The notes under the pieces: model-generated
The model's database searches: none
What the model was told of the DNA's origin: nothing
What the model saw: the letters and a program-made list of their open reading frames with translations, nothing else
NCBI GenBank assembly: GCA_025594325.1
Contig: JANHCV010000013.1
Span: 1,240,001-1,304,000, forward strand
Direction of reading: 5' to 3'
Length of the DNA: 64,000 bases
Origin: Blastocladiella emersonii ATCC 22665
Lineage: Eukaryota > Fungi > Blastocladiomycota
In this document: positions 34,933 to 46,151 of the stretch, piece by piece
How positions within the stretch are numbered: position 1 is the first letter of the stretch
Layout of the letters: every line of letters begins with the position of its first letter
Program-made: the position numbers and the translations under genes

Positions 34933-35849
34933 CTTTCGCGTGACGAGGTCACCTGACTGTCTCGCGTTTTTGAGCCACGCGTTGGAGCGCGTTTCTCAAG
35001 CTTTCTCCCACTCGAGGATGTCAACGCTTGTTGGACCATGCGTTCGGATCGCGAGAAACCCACAACCGTACCAGGAAAAGCCTGTATATAACCGGCGGAC
35101 CGCCCGCTCCCCAAAACGATCAGTGCTTACCGACTTCCATGCAATGTAACACGCGCCCTGCGCTCTCCTCGCTCCCGAGCTCCACTGCCTATAGCCAACC
35201 CGCCGCTTCGTCGCGGGCCCCAACCTCTCGATCATGTGGATCTCGTGGGATGACGGCGTGACAACCCGCAAGGGCTCACAACATGTATTCCCCCCACATC
35301 TGCATCGCTCGGCGGCCTGCGCAATGACGAGCAGCGAAGCGCTAGCGTGGGACCTCGGGTGCGTCGAAAGTGCGGGTATGAATCCGCGATCGCCCGCTGC
35401 CAGAACGCCGCTCCTGGACCATGACATCGACAGTGGGATTCCGAGGACGCATACGATCAGTCCGATGAAGATCCTACGTCACCATCGTGTCGTCGTGGTT
35501 CATGGAGGTAAGAGCCAGCGTGGGCGACGCGCATTCGGCCGCTTTGCAGGCGAGTCGAGGGTCGGGCGAGATGGTCGCGACGGCCGAGGGTGATTCCTCA
35601 TCGCCGTTCGCTGATATCTCGTCCGACCCTGCGCACTGGGAGTGATATCCCTGTGTTGCTACTTTATTGTTCATCGTAAGCTACGCGCCTTCTCAGTGAG
35701 GTGCCGATCCGCGCTTGTGGTCGTTCGAGGAGCGAGACTCGATCTCAAATTGTGTGCAGAACTCGGAATTGTATGCAAACTCTACGCATCATCCGACGCC
35801 GAAACTCGCCGCCACGCACCGCGGGCACGAGGGACCAGCCGCGCTTGTG

Positions 35850-36830
35850 CGCCCCAGCCCCATCTCCGACGTCTCGCCGTATACATTCTGCATGCCGCTG
35901 TGCCATGCGAGCCCGACCGCGAGCGCGATCGCCGCGGCCACCCCAGTCTTTGCGTCGACGAGTTCCGCGAGCGAGACGCATAACACGATACCCGCTCACG
36001 CCCACGCCTCGCCAAACCGGCGCCTTGCATCACCGAGCCGGAGCGCCACGAGGTGGCAAACGGCGTATTACAGGAACACCGTAGCCGCGCTGAATGCCCA
36101 CGTCAGCGCGAGCGCGCCGTAGGTGCCAAAAACAGTCTCAGCGAGCGCACCGCCAATCAAAAACACCGCAGTCCGGGGTTTCTCGTGTGCGCGTCGATGC
36201 GCGTGAAGAACGTGAGTACCTCTCCATGCCACGTTATGGCGAGGACCGTACGCGGCAGGTCGTAAACAAGTTTCAGCCCCACGCGGGCCGTGGCGGTCAT
36301 GGTACCGACGGCCACGATCGCGGCGGCGAAGGTGCAGTGCAACGGTGCTGAGCGGGGCGACGCTCCAGACAGTTGGTGCGATCGATGTCGGCGAGCGAGG
36401 GAGCGGCGAGGACGGCGACGGCGCCGACCCACAGGTACAGCGCTCTCAAAACGATGAGCGTCGCAATGATGGCGCGCTTGATTGATACGCGTGGCTCGCG
36501 AACCTCGTCGCCGAGCGTCGCGACGCGGTCGTACTCCGTGAAGGCGATGAACGTGAGCGCTGAAGCTTCAAGGATGCTGATGGCCGCCGAGCGGTCCGGG
36601 TAAAGATGTCGGGGATGCCTAGAGCTCCGACTCGGGCAGAGCGTGGACGGTGGACTGACCGACGTGTGAGAAAAACAAGAGCGACAAGAGCCTCAGCAAC
36701 AAGACGTCTAGTTGGCGCGGTTCAACGACTCGAGCCAAAGTAGCCGATAGCGGTGAAAAGCAGAATCAGGCCGGCGACGCCAAGGACGGGACAGTCCAGG
36801 GTGACGCGGTCGCGGTGCTCGAGGGCGAGG
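35850..36830 (-). pseudogene. Decayed APC-superfamily amino-acid permease
   Basis: Manual translation gives ALTFIAFTEYDRVATLGDEVREPRVSIKRAIIATLIVLRALYLWVGAVAV and ALTWAFSAATVFL*YAVCHLVAL, with several stops and frameshifts. Confidence 0.7.
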
Positions 36831-37144
36831 ACAGGTTGCCGTGCGCCAGCATCATAAGATAACTTGATGAACCGATGGCCGCCAGGCGCTCCAAGTTGGA
36901 AGGTCGGTCGCATTATTCCTTCAAGTCGCGCTTGTCCACGCCGGCATAGATTGCGCGTCTGAACCAATTGCGCTGAGTTATTTCATTAGATTTGCGTCAA
37001 ATCTTCTCGTGTGAGGAGAGGAAGCTTGCGGGCATGACCTCGAAAAATATATTCGCCTGAAATGCGCATCACATGCTCTGATGCACCTCAGAGGGCCCCG
37101 CATCGCCGCGCCCACATTTCCTCTCCTCCCACAGATCACGCAAA

Positions 37145-38277
37145 ATGGAAACCAATGAATTAACTTCATGCAACGAATTTTCCCGCGAGCAGCACTTAAG
37201 CTTCTCGAATCTCCCGGCCGAGCTGGTTGTCGTCGTGCTGCAGCTGGCGGTCCCACGCATTGCAGTCTCGCTGGCGACCAGCAGGTTCGCCACGCTTACT
37301 TCCGAGCCGACCACTCAATCTATCTGGCGCCTTACGTACATGCTGCGGCCCGACGTGTGCGGCTGGGGCGCGCTTCGCTTATGCTCTGCAGAATGGTGCC
37401 CCTGCGATTTGCTTGAGCTGGATGTGCCCGTCAGCTCGGATGATCCTATTCCACTCGCTCCATACTTGACCCACGTTGCATGCTTGGCTCGCGCTGCCGC
37501 CGAGGCGCGTAAGCACGACCGCGGCCGTTGGCGGCCCGGGCCTGACGTGTTTGATGAGACTTTTCTCGCACAACTGATTGCGCACTTCAAACCCGAGTCG
37601 CTCGACGAGCTTACTCAGGAAGAATTTGACGACTGGCAGGATGCAGTTGATGACGCCTGCGACCTTGGAGGAGAATACTCCGATCCGGCCTTTTCGACCG
37701 TACCGCAGTGGTTTGTGCTCACTTGCACTACGCACACTGGTACTTTTACAAGCTGCTCATGCCCGAGGTCCGGTACGCGCCCGAGCTCCAGAGCTGGGGC
37801 ATGGAAGCGTATTTGAGGTCGCTATCGATCGGCGACGGCAGCGACAACGATGCTTCGATTACAGAAACGAAACCGCCGGCCGATCTTGTCGATCGTAACT
37901 GGGCACCATGGCAGCACGCGGTGCACTTGATGCTGACCGAGATTCCCGATTTCAAGCCGTCGCTAGAGACCTTCCCTGAACCCATCCGCTCTCACCTCTT
38001 CTCAAAGGAGGTGGTGCGCGAGGCCGATTCGCGTCGTTGCACTGAACTTGCATGTGGCGAAGGCGGACATGGGACCGATTTCGCTTGGATTCTCGAGCAA
38101 TTACACCGCGTCGCGCATCGCACGCTGTTCCGCGTCCTCGGACTAAACGAATCGTCGCCCCAGTATTACTGGCGCATCCTCCCGTATCCCGCTCTTAGCA
38201 ATGTCCGACGGATGCCTTCTGTGCAGCAGGACGATCAGGAAGCCGCGGCGCTTCGAATCCTGGAGGAAGTGTTTTGA
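37145..38277 (+). pseudogene. Family 1-type F-box-like N-terminus on an unrelated C-terminus, 1-nt frameshift near 37710
   Basis: HLSFSNLPAELVVVVLQL...ATSRF...IW motif. ORFs 37145..37816 and 37708..38277 overlap in different frames. Confidence 0.55.
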
Positions 38278-38862
38278 GGGTCGCCCAAGGCAGAAACCTT
38301 TCTAGCGTTGTTCAAGCAGGCTTGTGGTCGCACAGAATAGACAGAAAATGACCCATTTGATTGGAGGTCACGTCGATTTAAAGGCAAGAAATTGCGATAA
38401 CCGCACTCTCGCCCCTGGTCGTCGCATTCATCTCGCAAAAGCGCACGTCGCCCGAGCTAGACGCGTACACGAAACCAGCAGTGATTGCGGAGAGCGCGAG
38501 TTTGACCGAAATGAGCACGTGCGGATGAGTGACGCGAGGGGAGCCTCTCAATGGGCTCAAAATTGTTCAAGATGCCATTCGTGGAAGCTTGGTCGATGCA
38601 CCATCACCACTCATTCTGAGCAAGCGGTGTCTGCCGTCGATCCTCGTCCCAGGCACTCACTACTCATTTGAAGCAAGTGGTGACTGCGCACTGATTTGTT
38701 GTGAATGAACGGTGTGGCACCAAACGATCAGATCGGACCGTAAATGTTTGGTGGACCGCGCGACCTCACTCCACGCGAAGCCGTACAAAGGAGCGCCATC
38801 CCAGCATGCACCGCCTCTCTCCACTCAAGAACACTTCACACGCAACGTAATCAACAGCAGTA

Positions 38863-39951
38863 ATGCCCTCGGCAGCCGTTTGTGTCGGGATCAGCAACGG
38901 CGGCGACTACGCAGCCTGCGTCGCGGACGCAAACAACATGGCCACGCTCGCGGCCAACGGCGGCGCCGACTCGATTGCCACCTTGACCGACGCCGACGGC
39001 GGCACCGTGACCCCGGAATCCGTGCTCGGCGCGCTCCGCGACATGGTCGAATCCGCGCAGCCGGGCGACCAGCTGCTCTTCTCGTTCTCGGGCCAGGCCG
39101 GCGAGCAGTCCGGCGGCGACAGCAACGCGATCCAGCTCGGCGACGGCCAGACCATCACCGCCGGCCAGATCGAGGAGATTATCGGCTCGCTTCCCGAGGG
39201 CGCCCAGCTGACCATGGCGTTCGACGGCTCGTCGACGGGTACCACGTTCGATTTTGACCCAGCCAGCAGCGGCTCCGCCGGAAACGTGGTGTTTCTGTCC
39301 TCGCCCGTGCTCGAATCGCCTCCCGCTGGCGACGAGGCCGGCAGTCCCTTCACGCTCGCACTTCTCCGCGTCATGTCGCAGAACGACCACGTCACGTTCA
39401 TGGACGCGGCCGCGGGCATTGACGCCGAACTTGGCCTCACTGTGCCGTCCACCGTTGTCGCGTCCAGCCACACCGAGGAGCTTTACGGAACCATCTTTGC
39501 GTCGGATCCTGCGCTTGAGTCTGCAACCGACGAGGCCGCCACGATTGCGCCCATGAACGCGACCCGTACCGATCAAAACCATGACGGAATCGTGGACAAG
39601 GTTGTCATCAAGTCGTTGTTTCCCGATACCACGGCGACTGCCTACGACACGGACGCAAACGGGAAAGTCGACCAAGTCCATCTCCAAACACCGCACACTT
39701 ATGCAATCGGCCTCGACGAAAATATGACGGGGAAAGTCGAGTCGCTGACGGTCATGGACTACAAGACTGGAAACTCCGTGATCATGCTAGATATGAACGA
39801 GGACGGTGTAGTCGACGAATGGCGGAAACTCGACTGGGACGACAATATCCTCGATTTCGGCCGGGGCGACGGTGCCTCCATGACCGTTCCCGTTGGAGTC
39901 TACCGCATCGACGATGGATTCGCACTGATGCAGCAGAATTGGCAGGCATAG
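38863..39951 (+). CDS. Inactive metacaspase-like (peptidase C14 fold) protein with C-terminal DxDxDG-type repeats
   Basis: AVCVGIS...CVADANNM...LTD...VESAQPGDQLLFSFSGQAG...LPEGAQLTMAFDGSSTG...PFTLALL follows the metacaspase p20/p10 pattern, with the catalytic His replaced by Gln78 and Cys by Ser123. Confidence 0.8.
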   Translation: MPSAAVCVGISNGGDYAACVADANNMATLAANGGADSIATLTDADGGTVTPESVLGALRDMVESAQPGDQLLFSFSGQAGEQSGGDSNAIQLGDGQTITAGQIEEIIGSLPEGAQLTMAFDGSSTGTTFDFDPASSGSAGNVVFLSSPVLESPPAGDEAGSPFTLALLRVMSQNDHVTFMDAAAGIDAELGLTVPSTVVASSHTEELYGTIFASDPALESATDEAATIAPMNATRTDQNHDGIVDKVVIKSLFPDTTATAYDTDANGKVDQVHLQTPHTYAIGLDENMTGKVESLTVMDYKTGNSVIMLDMNEDGVVDEWRKLDWDDNILDFGRGDGASMTVPVGVYRIDDGFALMQQNWQA

Positions 39952-40143
39952 CTGCTGGCTGTTGTGTCCAAACCGGGGTGTGATCAGCACTCAGTGCCTT
40001 GAATACACGATCTCTTTATCACCTTTAAATACGCGTAAGTCTCGAATGAGGGTTGAGATCGGGAAGGGGACATCAAGATGTGGGCCTGCGGCACTCGACG
40101 CGCGTCTCGGAGTGTTGCAGTGGCCGCGCGAAACGCAAGACGC

Positions 40144-40167
40144 GAGAGGCGACGATCAATCATGTGA
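40144..40167 (+). promoter_or_regulatory. Variant composite motif GAGAGGCGACG-ATCAAT-CATGTGA
   Basis: Same spacing as the perfect copies, about 133 bp upstream of ATG 40300. Confidence 0.4.
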
Positions 40168-40299
40168 TTGGAGCGTGACGCCTTCACGTCATGAGCAAGC
40201 CACCCTAGCGGATCGGACCCCGACTTCGACTCCCTTGTAGACCTGTTCGCAGACTCGCTCAAGGCAATGAAATCAAATGCAGAACTAGCACCACACACC

Positions 40300-41532
40300 A
40301 TGCAACGGATTCCGATTGAGATCGTGGAGCAAATCCTTGTCCAGGCCGTCCTCCGCGACCCAAGTGGCGTCGACCCGTTCCTGCTGCTTCGCGTCGCTCC
40401 CGGTCTTTCGCAGCTCAAACGCGTCGTACTTCAACACTCGGTACACCCGCGCATGTATACACTGCTTGACAAGCGTGACGAAGCGACGTGGAGAGCTCTC
40501 CTCGACCTTCGCGAGACCTTGCCTTTGATGGACGACAGCGACGAGGCCATCTACTATCTCTCATTGCTCTGCGTCGACGGCCGCATCGATCTCTTGGACG
40601 AGTGGGTCGAGCAGGGCCTCCGCATGCCACGCTCCCCGCACTATATGGATTTGGCCTCGACGCACGGCCAAGTTGGCGTGCTTGACTGGCTCTATGCACG
40701 ACCCGTCAAGCGGTGCTACACGTGGGCCGCCATCGAAGCCGCCGCGAGCAAACGACTTCTCGGCGCTCTTGATTGGTGGGCCCGCTCCGGCCTCAAATTC
40801 GAAGGCGATGTTCACGTCGAAGTGTTCTCTCACGCAGTCGAACAGGAGGACACCGAGATCATCGAACGTCTTGTCCAACTAAACGTCGACCACTGGACCG
40901 ATCACGGCTACTTCTACCCCATGATGCGCGAGGCGCTTGATGGCAGGCGCCTCAAGGTTCTCAACCAGTGCGCCTGGTCGTTACCCGATGTCCACGTAGT
41001 CATGGAAGGCACGGACTGGGCAGAGCTTGTGCGGGACGCGATGGAGAACGAGGAGTTCGACTTTCTGTCCTGGATCTACCGCGACGTTCCCAAGCATCAG
41101 CTCGACATATACGACGAGCTACCCAACAACAGGGATGATTACGGAGTGGCCGCCATCCAGAGTACTGCCGACTTGGGTGATTACGGATACGAAATCGAAC
41201 CGAGTTGCGTGCGAGTCGCAAGCGGCGACGTCTTTTGGCCATACATGCTTGGCTACGCGAGCAAGTACAACTGGATCAGTGTGCTCGACTGGTTCCGCGC
41301 CACTCTCCCGCAGGGCCACCTCACTTGCCCGCTTGGCTGGTCAATCGTGGAACACGACGACGACGAGGACGCGGCGCTCGCGCGGCTCCAGTGGTGGCTC
41401 GACTCGGACGCTCCGCTTAAGCTTGGGCGTAATCACGTCCGCTGCGCCGAAGATTTTGCGCTTGAGCTTGGATTCCATTGGATCGCGCAGTGGTGGCGCG
41501 ACTCGGGTCTCGAAAGCCAGCAGCAGGCGTGA
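40300..41532 (+). CDS. Family 2 F-box-like plus ankyrin-like repeat protein, intact
   Basis: MQRIPIEIVEQIL, MDLASTHGQVGVLDWL and AIEAAASKRLLGALDWW. Colinear with the 8652 gene. Confidence 0.75.
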   Translation: MQRIPIEIVEQILVQAVLRDPSGVDPFLLLRVAPGLSQLKRVVLQHSVHPRMYTLLDKRDEATWRALLDLRETLPLMDDSDEAIYYLSLLCVDGRIDLLDEWVEQGLRMPRSPHYMDLASTHGQVGVLDWLYARPVKRCYTWAAIEAAASKRLLGALDWWARSGLKFEGDVHVEVFSHAVEQEDTEIIERLVQLNVDHWTDHGYFYPMMREALDGRRLKVLNQCAWSLPDVHVVMEGTDWAELVRDAMENEEFDFLSWIYRDVPKHQLDIYDELPNNRDDYGVAAIQSTADLGDYGYEIEPSCVRVASGDVFWPYMLGYASKYNWISVLDWFRATLPQGHLTCPLGWSIVEHDDDEDAALARLQWWLDSDAPLKLGRNHVRCAEDFALELGFHWIAQWWRDSGLESQQQA

Positions 41533-41780
41533 TGCGCGGGTTCACGCTTTTCAGCACAAGGATTTTGTCAATGATGAAGAGAACATGAGTCTATTAAACA
41601 GAATTGATTTGACGTTAACTTGTCAGTTGCAGGAGCATACTTCAGGATCGCAAACCATTCAGAAATCCGCGATGTTTCCACACTCATCAACGGCTTTATT
41701 GCCTAACCATCTGGGCAGCCCAGTGCCCGTCTTCCTGATTCGCAACAACGAGGGTGGGAAAGTGCATGTATTGCTCGCCG

Positions 41781-43598
41781 TTAGGCATTTTCGTAGACCG
41801 CACAAACCATGAGACGCAGGGTACGACGAAGGCGCGCTCGCCAGCGAAAGCCGCGAGACTTAATTTCATCTGGCTGCTTCGCCAGTGCGTAGACGGTCGG
41901 CCCGAGCCGCTTGAGCTCAGCGAGATGTCCTCGTTTGGTCCCTGGCGAATAGACAGCCTTGCGAATCAACTGCTTGGTCAAACAGGCATCAAGTGAGCCG
42001 TCGGGCAGTGCTTTTGAAAGTTTGGTAGGGAAGGGGGCAATCACCTCGAACAGTGTGGCAATCAGCCCAGCGTCGTGGCCAAGCAGGACGTCGAGGGCAG
42101 ATGCACTGCGATCACCGCCTTGCTCACCGTCACACACATGACGGTCGGTTGAAACGCGGGGCGCAGACTTGGGGGTTTGGTGCGCTTGGACAAGTTCAAG
42201 AAGATTGTGAAGATTCGACGCGTCCCTGCGCCGTGAGGAACGGCGGTCACAAGCAGTGCGAAGGTCTCGTGCCAGGAAATCGCGGGATTTGAAGAGCAGC
42301 GAGGACACGGTGTGAGGCACGCTTGCAGGTCATCATCAAAGCCGTCGCCAAGCAGGACGCGCGCCGTGACCATGGCGCTCATAAAGTGACTCGCTGCGCC
42401 CGTCTGGCGCGCAATTTTGAGAGCACGGTCGCGAAGCTGTGGCCGAGCCAGAGCCACTTCCATGAGACTCGCAACGGGATGCGCCGTTCCCCAGTAGCAA
42501 GTTTCCTCGGTACATGAAGTGGTCAGTTTCTGAGCGACAATCGAAAGTATCTCGAGCAGTTCGTTGTCGGTGTCGCAGTAGGCGCGGAGAAAGGCTTCGA
42601 TAAAGGCGGTGAACCAAAAACCCTCCGATCCATTGAATGTGTCGGCGATGCGCGGAAGCAGGTTGGATGAGGTTGTGTCGCGCACGACGCGCGCGAGCTC
42701 TAACCGAACGCGACAATCATGGACAAGTCCGCATTCAAATACTAGAGCTAGGAACGTCAGCATAAAACACTTCACCATCCCTGATTCAACTAATGGATGC
42801 GTACCCCTCAGAAGAACCTGGTCCCACACGGTTGGCGATACAATTGAACGAAAGCCATCCGTGGCGAACGTGACGTGCCCCCGTATCCCATCCGCGTCGC
42901 GTGTGACCGACTCGTGGCAGAATCGCGCGAAAATCTCTCCAAGGTCAGATGGGCCAGGAATCCGTAGGTAACAAGCGGTTCAAAGACATTGATCGGGGGC
43001 TCATTGTGCCGTTGTGTCGAGCCCAGCACAAACCATCGCACAACGAGGCGACCAGTCAAAGCGAGCTCGTCTGGTGCAAGGCATCCACTCAGCCGGTCAG
43101 CAAATCGTGTGACAAGGTCGGCGAGCAGACCCGGGGCTTGGCCAGCGAGCTCATACACAGCGGCGGCGAGAAGTGCACTGGGTACCGAGCAGTCGCCGCG
43201 CAGGAGCAAGGCCATCACGGCATGGAGATAGTGAATCGGTGGTTGCTCTCGAGGGTGTTGGTACAAGAGGTCGAAGATTGAATCGAGCGATGCGAGCTCG
43301 AGCACATCGGCAAGGCGAGCGCCGTACGAAGGGGATGAGAGCAGCTCGAGTCTCTGACGCCACGATCGAACGCGGCCCCGAGCCGTGAAAGCTCCCGCAT
43401 CGTCCAAGCCGAGAGGACCAGCTGGTCGCGACATAGTTCGGCAAGATGACTCGAGGCAGCAGGAACAGCGGCGCGGGCCTGTGCGAGCTGAACGACGGCG
43501 GCGGCCAACTCGGCCGGCAGAGCGGCAAACGACAGATCGAACGTGTCGGGTGGTCGCTCAACTAGATGCATAGAGTGATACATGGCAGAAAGTTGCAT
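41781..43598 (-). pseudogene. Family 1 protein, internally deleted and frameshifted
   Basis: LSFAALPAELAAAVVQL N-terminus. Homologous pieces are spread over ORFs 43215..43751, 42808..43434, 42062..42829 and 41781..42320, including the TPCPRCSS..W motif. Confidence 0.75.
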
Positions 43599-43876
43599 AG
43601 GAGGCGGTGTGCCGTTGCTGCGGGAGAAGCGGTCTTCCGCGGGGCGACTCGACGGGAAACTCAGCGGTCCCATGGCTGCTCGTTTCTCTCTCCCAACCGG
43701 CAACCCGATCCTCCCATGTAACTCCACTGATCTTGCTATTACATGGCGCAACTATCGCCTGACGGAATTGCCTTGCAGACGTCAGTGTTGGCGCGCTTCA
43801 GGCCCTGTCCGGCGTGCAGCGTGTTGGCAGCTCAGACTTCGCGTCGCCGCTTCATGAACCACCTCATGCCCAGAAG

Positions 43877-45893
43877 TCAGCGCGCCACCTTGTGGCCCGG
43901 TTTACATTCCTGGTCACACATGATGTATCTACCGCAAGACGCGCGCTGCATCTTTCCGTTTCGATTTAAATGCTGTGGGAACGCCGCGATGAGCGCGGCG
44001 AGCGCGTCGCCGTACGCCCGCGTGTACGGCAGCGGGCACGAGCTGCATCCGACCTTGACGGTCGCTCCGTGCTTGCGCGCCGGCAGGGCCGACTTACGCA
44101 ACAGCGCGCCGTGCGCCTCGGGGCGCCATTCGGGTGCGTGAGCGTACGTCCACAGCGCCGCGCTCACAAGGAGGGGAGCGGTGCCCGTGTGGCGAATTGT
44201 GTCAATGGCGCGGTCGCGAGAAGCAGGCTTGGCGAGAGCGACGGTCATGAGCCACGCGAGCCGCTTTGTGACCGGCTTGAGGCGACAGGCGTCCGGACCG
44301 CGGAGCGCAAGCAGGCGCGCAACGACGGCGAGGACGTCCGAGGGATCCGCAACGAGCTCGCCGGTGAGCAGGTTCAGGATGAGTTCGTTGATGCGTCCTC
44401 CGACCCCCGAGCTGACGCGTTCGAGCGCGTTGCCGAACTGCATGTTGATCAGGCCGACCGATCCCGTCGCGCGTGACAGCCACGATCCGCTGCATGGATC
44501 GCCTGTTAACGCTCATGGCCTTCTTGAAGGCTACATGTTCGCACGGCGGTGGTAAGCGATGTGGCTGTCCCAACGCTGATAAATATGGTGCGTACCATCG
44601 AGAAGAACCTTGTCGAGGTCAACGACATTCATCTGAGCGCACTCGACCGTCAACAACGCGCCACGCACGAGCCCATGAGCAAAAATCTCGTCCCACGGAA
44701 TCGTCGTCAAGTCTGCGAACCCGTTGCTCGCAAGCCGAGTGGGTTGCGCCGCCGTAAGCTCGTTACGGCCGAGCCAGAACGGGACGAAGCGGCGAAAGTC
44801 GGCCTTCTCGTCGTCATTTGTTCCGGCGAGCGCGGCCTCATGGTGCCGTTCCAAAATGTGCACCAAGACGGCGGGCCCGCCGCAAGCAGCGCATCGCGCA
44901 ATAGAGCACGCCTCAAAAGGATTGGTCCACCCATGCGCGAGCAGCCAGTCAAGGATTAAGTTGGCGCCTGCCGGCGAGCGGCCACCCTGATCAAGTTGCT
45001 TGAACAGGGCGTCGGCCATGGAATCAGATTGGAAGACCGCAACAACCCGGTCGATCTTGATCCGGGTGCGCTGGTCGATGAGAAACTTGAGAACACCGGG
45101 ATTCCAAGTATATACCGCAAGCGCGCCGAGAAAGTCTGCGAGGCGGAGGATCGTCGAGGCAGCAGCCGGTGGAGACAGCGAAGCAGGAGCAGCTTCATAG
45201 CCTAAGCGAGACGTGGTGAAGTTGCAGAAGAGACACCACGCGTCCCATTCCTTTGTGACCTCGAGCAAACAGGCCCACTTGGTCGAGATTTGTGTGATTA
45301 GGGACGAGAAGAGCTGCGGGCGGTGGTCCGTGACGGAGTAGAAGAACAGCTCGAGCAGCGCGATGAGCGGGTAGCGCAAGGGCGACACACCAGCACGGGC
45401 CGCTCGCATCGCGTTCGTGCTTGACTGCAAGTGTGCCGTGATTTGGCTTGTGCTGCGGTTACCGACCAGGTGATCGACACGCGGGCCGAGGCACTGGACA
45501 AACGATTTGAGCAGCTTGCCGTGGAGCGCGATACAGACCTCAAGCAGGACCGCGTCCGGTCCATCACGGGCCGCACACTCGATCTCACGAATCCAATCAA
45601 TAAAGCGAAGCGCGCGCAGGCTTGGTGTTCATGTCGCGCTGCGAGCGCAGACGCCAAGCGGCCGGCGAGTCGAATTCGCGGTCCTCGAGCTGGGCCAGCG
45701 CGCGAAGGGTCCAAGGCGTTCGGACTTCGAGATCAGACACGAGCGAGTGCATGTCGCTCGGGGCGGCGGGAATAACGCGCCGCGGACGAGCGAGTGCAGC
45801 GATTCGCTTCAAGATGTCCAACGGGATGGGCTTGGGCATCGTGGCGGCTGATGCAACAAGTTTCTCCGACTGAGATTTCATTCGATCCATCAT
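43877..45893 (-). pseudogene. Family 1 protein (similar to the 16449 subgroup), frameshifted
   Basis: PIPLDILKRIAAL...PAA...PWT N-terminus, LILDWLLAHGWTN, intron after LLDG (GTACGC), and ADPSDVL...TGTA...GCSSCPLPY..AY. Frameshifts near 45605 and 44450. Confidence 0.7.
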
Positions 45894-45973
45894 TGCATGG
45901 TGTGTGAGAGCGGAAGGTGGATCGCGCCGCGCCGCGGGAAATCAGGTCGAGGAGGACAGCATCGCGTGACCAC

Positions 45974-45997
45974 TCACATGATTTCGCGACGCGTCCC
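45974..45997 (-). promoter_or_regulatory. Composite motif GGGACGCGTCG-CGAAAT-CATGTGA
   Basis: 81 bp upstream of ATG 45893, same strand. Confidence 0.65.
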
Positions 45998-46151
45998 CCG
46001 TCTCCCGTTCGGCCAGGGGTGCTAGAACCCCTGGTTCGGCATGCTTCGAGTCCACTCGAGGGAGACTGGAAGCAGTCGACAGACTCGCGAAAGCAACCAT
46101 AGCAGTGAGAAACACAACAAACATCCGATTACACACTCAACACAAAACCAC

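Noticed and set aside
8652-41532. Endogenous giant virus or Starship-type element as the explanation for the accessory region
   Set aside because: No capsid, packaging ATPase, viral polymerase or tyrosine recombinase seen, and most genes carry host-type spliceosomal introns.
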